Part shown: positions 7,617 to 14,362 of the stretch, one piece after another
How the letters are laid out: every line of letters begins with the position of its first letter
Numbering within the stretch: the first letter of the stretch is position 1
Virus record (IMG/VR): IMGVR_UViG_3300032007_000065
Span: 13,898 to 77,897 of that record
Reading direction: 5' to 3' (one strand)
DNA length: 64,000 nt
Source: a virus
Taxonomy: Duplodnaviria > Caudoviricetes
Notes under the pieces: model-generated
The model's database searches: none
The model's input: only the letters and a program-made list of their open reading frames with translations
Told to the model about the DNA's origin: nothing
Position numbers and translations under genes: made by a program

Positions 7617-10382
7617 TCAGATGTTGAGGTTCAGGTCTTCACCCTCGCCACCGGCGGGCTGTTCAGCTCCAGCTTCGGGTGCTCCGGGTTCCGGCGCTTC
7701 ATCCATTCCGGGGATTCCGGAGACGACGTCGTCGGGGTTCTCGACCTTGGCCATTTCGTTCATGGCTTCGACGGTCTGTTTCTTGACCTTGTCACCCATA
7801 ACTTCGGCCACTGCCTGTTCATAGAGGTCATCGAGGTTGTCCCAGTCGAGGAACGGCACCTCGCGACGAACGATCTTTTCGGTGTATACGGACTTGATGC
7901 GCATGTCGGCCGGTTCACTCTTGTCTTCGCCGACCTTAACGTTGGCCAGCATCTGGGCGTTCTGGTAGGCGGTGCCGAGGGCTTCGGAGTTATTCTGGTT
8001 CGCCAGAATCCTGGGCCTCGGCAGTTTCACCTGCAGGGTACCAACGACGAGATTCTTCAGAGTGTCGTCCATGTCGGAGTCTCGGACCAGACAGCGATAG
8101 AGTTCCGTCAGGGGCTCTTCGAAGTCGCTCTGGAGAGATGCTACACGTCCGGCCACTTTGATGTTGTCGGAGACGATCTTCTTGGCAACTTCGACATTCG
8201 ACTCGTAGTCCATGGCCGTCGGCGGAATGCCGGTGGCTAGGATGCCCCAGCGTTCCAGCATCTGTTCGTAGTCCGTCGACAGGTTGATGTCCTGACCCTC
8301 CTGGGTCTCAAAGTCGACGAGTCGATTGCCGGACAGATCCTTCGGCATTGCAATGTTCGAGTCTCTGGTAATCTTCGAGAACACCATGGAGCTCGACAGA
8401 AGGTCGGTGAACGTGACGTTGCCGGCCTGGAGGTCTCGGATGACGCGGTTCACCTGATTCGACAGGGACTTCGTCACCTTACCACTCGAGATGTGGGCGA
8501 TGGTCTTGTTGCCACCTTTGTTGATGTAGTTCAGCATCTTGGTGATGACGATCGACAGCAGCAGATGGGCCGGGAACATGGCCTCCGACAGAATCGATTC
8601 GCCGTGGCCGTTCTCGTCTTCGTTGCACTTGAACTCGATCATGTTGTCGACGGGAATGAACTGGATCATGTAGTCGTTGTCAACGAGTCCATTGGCAATG
8701 ATGCACTCGGCGATGAGCTGCTTGAAGGCAGCATTCTTTTTGACGAACTTCACCGAGAACTGGTCGATGATGGCACCGGAGATGCTGTCGACGATGTTCT
8801 GGATGGCGTCCTGTTTCTTCTTCTCGGAGATGTCCATCTGGTCGAAGAGAGACATGGAGGCGCCGGTCAAGATGCCGCCAATCTCGGTGCCGTGGCCACC
8901 GGTCTTGGAGCCGCGGCCGCGACGTTTCCGATTCTTCGGTGTCGCGATGACGTGGTAGTAGCCGACCCGCTGGCCAAGTACCTCGATGGGGATGACGTAC
9001 TTGTAGTCGATCCACTTCAGATAGGTGCCGGAGACGCCGTCGAAGTTCTGGCCGCGACGACGGTTCGTCGGATCGTCGGGGTCGACGGTGCCGTCGGGGA
9101 CTCTGTCGTCGTAGGACCTCGGCGCATTCGCCACGTCAGCCTTCGACTTGGTCGACTCCCGGTAGTCCTTTCGGAGATTGAAGAAGTCGTTGTAGCCCTC
9201 CATGGCAATGGTGGCCGTGTCGTCGATGGCCGAGAACATGATCGGCGAATCGATGAAGTAGAAGTTCGGCATGTCGGCTTCAATAGCGCCGACGAGCTTC
9301 TTCGAGAACTCCTCTGCGGTGACGGCGTTTCCGTCCTGGTCACGGCCGAATCGAGTCGCCTGTTCAATGGCACCGGAGACGGCGTCACGAATCAGGGTGC
9401 TGTCGAGGTCGGCCTTGTAGACGAATCCGTCTCGGGCCAGGTACTTCATTTCGGAACCGAAGTTCTCGAAAGCCGGTTCGAAGCCGAACTGTTGGATTGG
9501 GCGCAGCGGAGCGACGTATCCTTCAAAGGCTTCACTGAGGCCGGCGTTCTGTTGGGACTCCTGGGCGATGCCGAGGACATTTGGCTTCGAGGGCTTGCGT
9601 CCGTTGCCGCCGGCGATGGTGCCGGGACTGTCGTGGGGGTCTCCCATGCGGGCATTCGTCGTCTGCTGGGCGCCGAGCTTCGTGATCTTTCCTTCGGCGA
9701 GGCCTCGGCTGTACATGCCAAAGAGCTCCGTGTAGGGAATGTGGTAGACATAGAAGGATCCGGTCACCAGTGTCTTGCGGATGGCGACCTTGACCTTACG
9801 CTGGATCTTGTACTGGTCCTCCAGGGTCTCGATGGCCTTTGTAGCGAGACGAAGCGAGTTGTCGTCGGAGATGCCGGGGATCAGCAGGTTTCGTGTAATG
9901 GTCTGAGAGACGTCGTCCGACGAGACAATGGCATCGAGATAAATGCGCACGGCCTCGCCCAACGACGGGATGAATTTCGAAATGAACTTCAGATCGGACA
10001 CTTCGAGATAGCGATTCTTGTGGATGTCCTGGAAGTATCCGAAGATCTCGCCGACGTTCTGTGTGAATAGGTCGGCAGTGTCGACGGACGGTGCCCGATT
10101 TCCGCCACGCGGGCGAATCCGTTTGCCGTCCTGCTGCGCCCGGATGGACGCGATGAAGTCGACGATCTGGTTGCCGGCGACGCCCTTGGCGACGTCGAGC
10201 TGTCGGTCGATGACACGCTGGAATTCGGCATCCTGCTCCGACAGCAGCTTCCGGTCGGTGTACGTGGGGTCGGTGGCCTGCAGCACTCGGTTGACGGCCC
10301 GGTCGAGCAGCGATGCTCTCTTCATGGCCTGGTTGTACTGCTGACTACTCATCGACTCCTGAATATCTTTATCGTCGGGCAT
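7617..10382 (-). CDS. portal protein (jumbo-phage type)
   Basis: 921 aa; C-terminal half has portal-like pattern (FETQEGQ..ILATGIP..IKVAGRVASLQSDFEEPLTELY). Confidence 0.7.
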   Translation of the reverse strand: MPDDKDIQESMSSQQYNQAMKRASLLDRAVNRVLQATDPTYTDRKLLSEQDAEFQRVIDRQLDVAKGVAGNQIVDFIASIRAQQDGKRIRPRGGNRAPSVDTADLFTQNVGEIFGYFQDIHKNRYLEVSDLKFISKFIPSLGEAVRIYLDAIVSSDDVSQTITRNLLIPGISDDNSLRLATKAIETLEDQYKIQRKVKVAIRKTLVTGSFYVYHIPYTELFGMYSRGLAEGKITKLGAQQTTNARMGDPHDSPGTIAGGNGRKPSKPNVLGIAQESQQNAGLSEAFEGYVAPLRPIQQFGFEPAFENFGSEMKYLARDGFVYKADLDSTLIRDAVSGAIEQATRFGRDQDGNAVTAEEFSKKLVGAIEADMPNFYFIDSPIMFSAIDDTATIAMEGYNDFFNLRKDYRESTKSKADVANAPRSYDDRVPDGTVDPDDPTNRRRGQNFDGVSGTYLKWIDYKYVIPIEVLGQRVGYYHVIATPKNRKRRGRGSKTGGHGTEIGGILTGASMSLFDQMDISEKKKQDAIQNIVDSISGAIIDQFSVKFVKKNAAFKQLIAECIIANGLVDNDYMIQFIPVDNMIEFKCNEDENGHGESILSEAMFPAHLLLSIVITKMLNYINKGGNKTIAHISSGKVTKSLSNQVNRVIRDLQAGNVTFTDLLSSSMVFSKITRDSNIAMPKDLSGNRLVDFETQEGQDINLSTDYEQMLERWGILATGIPPTAMDYESNVEVAKKIVSDNIKVAGRVASLQSDFEEPLTELYRCLVRDSDMDDTLKNLVVGTLQVKLPRPRILANQNNSEALGTAYQNAQMLANVKVGEDKSEPADMRIKSVYTEKIVRREVPFLDWDNLDDLYEQAVAEVMGDKVKKQTVEAMNEMAKVENPDDVVSGIPGMDEAPEPGAPEAGAEQPAGGEGEDLNLNI

Positions 10383-10414
10383 TGGTTTTCACCACCTTGT
10401 GATTTTCGACGTAT

Positions 10415-10426
10415 TAACCCGATGTT
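10415..10426 (-). promoter_or_regulatory. class B promoter motif AACA-N6-TA (AR9 late-promoter-like)
   Basis: Minus strand AACA TCGGGT TA about 30 nt upstream of the portal ATG. Confidence 0.5.
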
Positions 10427-10453
10427 TCCGAGCCAGTATCCTACGGGACCTGA

Positions 10454-10494
10454 GCGAAAAGTCTCGAATTTCGGCCACATATAATTCTAGTGAG
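10454..10494 (+). promoter_or_regulatory. 41-bp extended promoter, copy 1
   Basis: GCGAAAAGTCTCGAATTTCGGCCACATATAATTCTAGTGAG, near-identical to 16736-16776. Confidence 0.7.
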
Positions 10495-10508
10495 AAAACA
10501 TGGAGAAA

Positions 10509-10581
10509 CATACCGAAGTTCTAGTGGTGGAACGCAAGTCCAGAAAACTTGAGGTTGTCGGTTCGAGTCCGGCCGGTGCGG
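10509..10581 (+). tRNA. aberrant tRNA or tRNA-like RNA (nominal anticodon AGA)
   Basis: D stem GTTC/GAAC, anticodon stem CAAGT/ACTTG with loop CCAGAAA, T arm GTCGG-TTCGAGT-CCGGC, acceptor CATACCG/CGGTGCG with one mismatch. C at position 33, short variable loop, no encoded CCA. Confidence 0.65.
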
Positions 10582-10638
10582 GGCGCAAGCTCCGCGCTAT
10601 GTTTTCTTGCTAGTGAATCTTCTTTTTTGTTGCTGGGG

Positions 10639-10674
10639 AACGACTGCTGTTGGCACCGTAAGAGTTTTGTCGTT
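10639..10674 (+). repeat. cassette-leader hairpin, copy 1
   Basis: AACGAC-t-GCTGTT-ggcaccgt-AAGAGT-ttt-GTCGTT; ends about 22 nt upstream of ATG 10697. Confidence 0.7.
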
Positions 10675-10696
10675 TCATTTTCACAATATCTTCATC

Positions 10697-11071
10697 ATGA
10701 GCAATGCACTTCTGGCGATGTCCGGCCCAGCTTTCGGCAATATGGATGTTACTGTCTACGATGTCTACACAGTTACATCTAGCGAGAATCTTGTATCATC
10801 TAGCAACGCCATCACGATTTTCTCCAATCGCTCATGGACCTGGGCGTTTGTGGATATGCAGAATGCGGGTATAATGATAGCGAGACCATTTGCTATCAAG
10901 AATTCAGTCAATTTTCAAGACAAGCAAATTTATGGGTTGCAGGGCAATAGTACTACTAGTTTCAATGTAACACTGATTGGCACATCTACTAGTCTACGGG
11001 GCGGGATGATGCCATATACCAATGCCCCATATTACTTCTGGACAATCACCGTCTATGTTCCATCTGCATAA
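10697..11071 (+). CDS. small Ser/Thr-rich beta-strand protein (putative receptor-binding/adhesin module), cassette A1
   Basis: AT-rich atypical codon usage, no SD; N-terminus MSNALLA similar to the 12646 ORF. Confidence 0.6.
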   Translation: MSNALLAMSGPAFGNMDVTVYDVYTVTSSENLVSSSNAITIFSNRSWTWAFVDMQNAGIMIARPFAIKNSVNFQDKQIYGLQGNSTTSFNVTLIGTSTSLRGGMMPYTNAPYYFWTITVYVPSA

Positions 11072-11077
11072 CTCATC

Positions 11078-11106
11078 GCTGTTGCGTCGTAAGAGCTTCA
11101 GTCGTT
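11078..11106 (+). repeat. cassette-leader hairpin, copy 2
   Basis: GCTGTT-gcgtcgt-AAGAGC-ttcagtcgtt. Confidence 0.7.
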
Positions 11107-11127
11107 TCATTTTCAACTTTCTTCTCT

Positions 11128-11466
11128 ATGGCAGATTCTCTTGGCACTTTCTGCATTGCCTCGGCCGGCAGCGGATCGACAACTGTGACTCTGGTCGCAA
11201 GTGGAGCAGCATCAGGCGGCACATCTGTTACTCTATCATCGGCGGCAGTATTCGTCATGTGCCGACCAATAACATGGTATGGGGCATCCATAACGTCTAG
11301 CACACTATGCGTGATCGCTGGAGGGCGGGCGACTGCAGGCTATGATCATCCAGGTGGCGTTACTTATCAGGCGACTGCATCATTAGCTTCTTCTGGAACT
11401 ACACTAACCCTGGGAAATTGGACCGGTGGTTATACCGCAACTTGGGAGTACAATGCATTTGCATGA
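11128..11466 (+). CDS. small Ser/Thr/Gly/Ala-rich protein, cassette A2
   Basis: 112 aa, no SD; N-terminus MADSL similar to the 12985 ORF. Confidence 0.6.
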   Translation: MADSLGTFCIASAGSGSTTVTLVASGAASGGTSVTLSSAAVFVMCRPITWYGASITSSTLCVIAGGRATAGYDHPGGVTYQATASLASSGTTLTLGNWTGGYTATWEYNAFA

Positions 11467-11630
11467 CCGCCGTCACATACCCGACCGAAGATGTGCGAGC
11501 CGAGCCTGGTCGACATGCCGGGGTCTGAAGGCCGCGAAAAAATCCGCCCGGTGGGCGGCGCGGCGCGCCTTCCGCTCCCTTCGGTCGCGCTTTTTAGAGA
11601 CGAATTGCTGGTGCAATTCGTCTCTTGATG

Positions 11631-12557
11631 TTACTGCAGTTTCTTTTTGAGTGTGTCGATCTCGGTGTTGAGCTCGGCGATGTATCGATTGATGTCGTAG
11701 AGACTCCTGGACAGATTCGCAGTCTTGGCTTGGAGCAATTCAATGGATGCCATGACTTCAGCTTTATCGATGACATCCTGGTTCGGCTCTTCGATAGGCT
11801 CGTCGAATGTCAGGACGGCATCGATGATGCGAGTGGTGCTCGTCAGCTTGCTGATGCCGAGATCTGGGCACTTGAAGATGAAGGATCCGCCACCATCGAG
11901 TTTGATGATGTCTCGGAACCCAGCTCCTTTGATCTGGTTGAAGAACTCCATACCGTAGATGAGGTTACCGGTCTTCGATTGGTAGTACATGACGTAGACC
12001 ATTGACGGGTCATCTTTGACACCGACGAAGACATGGTATGCCGCTCTGACGGTGTCCTTGGCCCAGCCCTGAGGTAGCACGTAGTTGTAGAACGACACGT
12101 CGTCACCATTCCGAAGCACCGGCACACCGGAGACGGCATAGTCGGCATTTTCGTGCCCAGTGAGGTATTCGGTGTCTTTGATGGTCGCCTTCCCGTTCTC
12201 GATGAAGAGAGTCGACGGCGCATGGCCGTAGCAGGGATTCATGTACTCCCATTTACCACTGTCGAAGGTGAACTTCCGGCCGTCGTTGGAGATCTTGCCG
12301 CGCTCGTGCATGTAATGCTCTTCGATGTCGTGGAGTTTGAAGCCGGGATAGATGTCGCATTTCAGATGGCCCGCCGGAAGACGGAACTCGATACCTTTCT
12401 CTTCGTAGTATCCGAAGAAGTTGGCATTGCAGAAGTTGCCGTCTCGAGTGACGTCGCCGCCGGTCCGCTTCTCACGATCGAGCCAGACGACCTTCAGCAT
12501 GGAGGCCGGCATCTCGACAATGGTGACGTCGTTGTACATGTAAGTCTTCTTCAGCAT
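11631..12557 (-). CDS. phosphodiester glycosidase (NAGPA-like) family protein with C-terminal coiled coil
   Basis: IIKLDGGGS motif; GAAAGGAG SD before ATG 12557. Confidence 0.7.
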   Translation of the reverse strand: MLKKTYMYNDVTIVEMPASMLKVVWLDREKRTGGDVTRDGNFCNANFFGYYEEKGIEFRLPAGHLKCDIYPGFKLHDIEEHYMHERGKISNDGRKFTFDSGKWEYMNPCYGHAPSTLFIENGKATIKDTEYLTGHENADYAVSGVPVLRNGDDVSFYNYVLPQGWAKDTVRAAYHVFVGVKDDPSMVYVMYYQSKTGNLIYGMEFFNQIKGAGFRDIIKLDGGGSFIFKCPDLGISKLTSTTRIIDAVLTFDEPIEEPNQDVIDKAEVMASIELLQAKTANLSRSLYDINRYIAELNTEIDTLKKKLQ

Positions 12558-12581
12558 AGATTCGGCTCCTTTCGACTTGAT

Positions 12582-12593
12582 TATGGGATTGCT
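12582..12593 (-). promoter_or_regulatory. class B-like promoter motif AGCA-N6-TA
   Basis: AGCA ATCCCA TA, 25 nt upstream of ATG 12557. Confidence 0.4.
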
Positions 12594-12594
12594 T

Positions 12595-12620
12595 GCTGTT
12601 GCCTGGTAAGAGCTTTGTCG
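12595..12620 (+). repeat. cassette-leader hairpin, copy 3
   Basis: GCTGTT-gcctggt-AAGAGC-tttgtcg. Confidence 0.7.
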
Positions 12621-12645
12621 TACCATTCTACGCGATTCAATTTAT

Positions 12646-12933
12646 ATGGCCAATGCGCTTCTTGCTGCCGGGGTTATTGAGAGCTCTGACCATGATTTAT
12701 TAACTGCACATCAAGGATATGGGACTAGAGATAATCCACTTTTTACATCATCGTCGACTGCTCTCCTTGGAATATTCACTCCTTTCTTTGGTTACTGCAT
12801 ACCGGTAATAAATGCTCCAGGAAATACCATTGCGACTCCAGAGGGGCAGTGTCAAATTGTATGGAATATCTCTGGACAATGTACTGCTCAAGGCAGTTTT
12901 TCAGATACTATCTATTGGGTATATATCGAGTGA
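12646..12933 (+). CDS. small beta-rich protein, cassette B1
   Basis: 95 aa, AT-rich, no SD; starts MANALLA. Confidence 0.6.
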   Translation: MANALLAAGVIESSDHDLLTAHQGYGTRDNPLFTSSSTALLGIFTPFFGYCIPVINAPGNTIATPEGQCQIVWNISGQCTAQGSFSDTIYWVYIE

Positions 12934-12963
12934 CTTGCTGTTGCACACTAAGAGCTTTGTCAC
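12930..12963 (+). repeat. cassette-leader hairpin, copy 4
   Basis: GTGAC-tt-GCTGTT-gcacact-AAGAGC-ttt-GTCAC. Confidence 0.7.
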
Positions 12964-12984
12964 ACATTCACATACTACTATACA

Positions 12985-13365
12985 ATGGCAGAATCTCTCA
13001 TCTCGGCAAGCATCTCGGCCGGAGGATCTAATGCGAATATTTCTCTCATCGCATCTGGCTCATTTTATGTATATACCAGATCACAAACGATTTCTTTTTC
13101 TAATGGCTTATTTGCAGTAATATTTAGCAACCATGCACGCAATGGCTGGAATAGTAACGAAGCGATGGAACCGGGATATGCCGTGGTATTTGCTGGAGAC
13201 ACTGGTATATCGACACCACCATATCGTTATGCCAATGGTACGGCTGTTGATACTAGCGCTAAGGCATCCATGACCACTAGTACATTGACAATCGGTGCTG
13301 TCATAACTGGAAATTGGCAAGAAACGTATTATCAAAAGTCTGGTACATACCGAATTGTCGGATGA
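12985..13365 (+). CDS. small Ser/Thr/Ala-rich protein, cassette B2
   Basis: 126 aa, AT-rich, no SD; starts MAESL. Confidence 0.6.
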   Translation: MAESLISASISAGGSNANISLIASGSFYVYTRSQTISFSNGLFAVIFSNHARNGWNSNEAMEPGYAVVFAGDTGISTPPYRYANGTAVDTSAKASMTTSTLTIGAVITGNWQETYYQKSGTYRIVG

Positions 13366-13506
13366 CTGACCCGGGGAAGGCCCGAAAGGAGCCAGCTTTT
13401 AAGGGTATCAGCCGCGGGCGCGACGGGTTCGCGCAGTTTACGTTTTAATGTACCACAGAGACAGACACCTATCTAAACGAATCGAGTTGTCTAAGGAGTG
13501 ATCCAA

Positions 13507-14298
13507 TTGGCACTTAATTTCGGAGACTACATCGCGAATCCCTATGGAAAGGGAACGGGAATCGTACCGTCGAACGTCATCCGATCGAACATCGAGAACG
13601 AGACGGCGACGATGTACCCGGCTCCCATTCGATTCAAGGCCTACAAAGCTCCCCACCAACATCTGGTGCTGCACTGTAAGCTGCCGTCACGTACGAAGAA
13701 TGACGTCTTCTACGACATCGTCATGGACTTCGACCTGGCCCCGGGTTTCGAGACCAGACGGGCCATCACGAAGTACGACTGTACCGTCTTCTCGAACTCT
13801 CCATCGTTCTACTACACCTATGCCAAGGTGTTCCGGGAGAAGGGAGCACTTTGCCCCTGGCTCCAGAAGAAGTACGAACGCCAGATCATGAAGAAGAGTC
13901 CGGAGAAACGGAATCCATCGAACATTATCGGCTACGAGCGAACGCTCTACACCGGCATGTGGGTGACGATGCAGCAGACGAGAGGCCGCAGTGCGCGAGA
14001 CCTCTACGATAATGCACCGGAAATGACCTACAAGGAGCTGGCGAAGCTCGTTCAGTCCCAGGACGAAATCGAGACCGCCTACGAGAAGGCCCCGTACACC
14101 GCTCGGGAGCAGGCCCGCCGCAACGACATCGAACAGCGGAAGCTGCTACGGCAGAACCTCGGCCCGAAACGGCCGCTGAAACCGAAGACCACGGCACCGA
14201 CGTCGTCGACTGTCCAGAGAACTTCGACGACCCAGAAGACAAAGAAGACGAGTCTCTTCTCGAAGATTCGCCACACGACGAAGACGAAGAAGATATGA
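13507..14298 (+). CDS. hypothetical protein with basic C-terminal tail
   Basis: AAGGAG SD before TTG 13507; typical codon usage. Confidence 0.7.
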   Translation: MALNFGDYIANPYGKGTGIVPSNVIRSNIENETATMYPAPIRFKAYKAPHQHLVLHCKLPSRTKNDVFYDIVMDFDLAPGFETRRAITKYDCTVFSNSPSFYYTYAKVFREKGALCPWLQKKYERQIMKKSPEKRNPSNIIGYERTLYTGMWVTMQQTRGRSARDLYDNAPEMTYKELAKLVQSQDEIETAYEKAPYTAREQARRNDIEQRKLLRQNLGPKRPLKPKTTAPTSSTVQRTSTTQKTKKTSLFSKIRHTTKTKKI

Positions 14299-14362
14299 GT
14301 CCGAATAAACACACAAACACATCATCGTTCAGAATAGACGTAGTTGAAAGGAGAACCGTATT

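Noticed and set aside
10509-10581. Confident functional tRNA-Ser, -Trp or -Phe call
   Set aside because: Stem geometry centres AGA, but the body lacks Ser features; the CCA or GAA registers break the anticodon stem.
11065-11110. Canonical integron attC sites
   Set aside because: Only one copy has a TAAC-like left end, none has a clear GTTRRRY right end, and no integron integrase is seen; kept only as an analogy.
10639-13365. Diversity-generating retroelement or classical shufflon explaining the cassettes
   Set aside because: No reverse transcriptase, no template/variable repeat pair differing at adenines, no invertase in the window, and motif-to-ATG spacing does not keep one frame.
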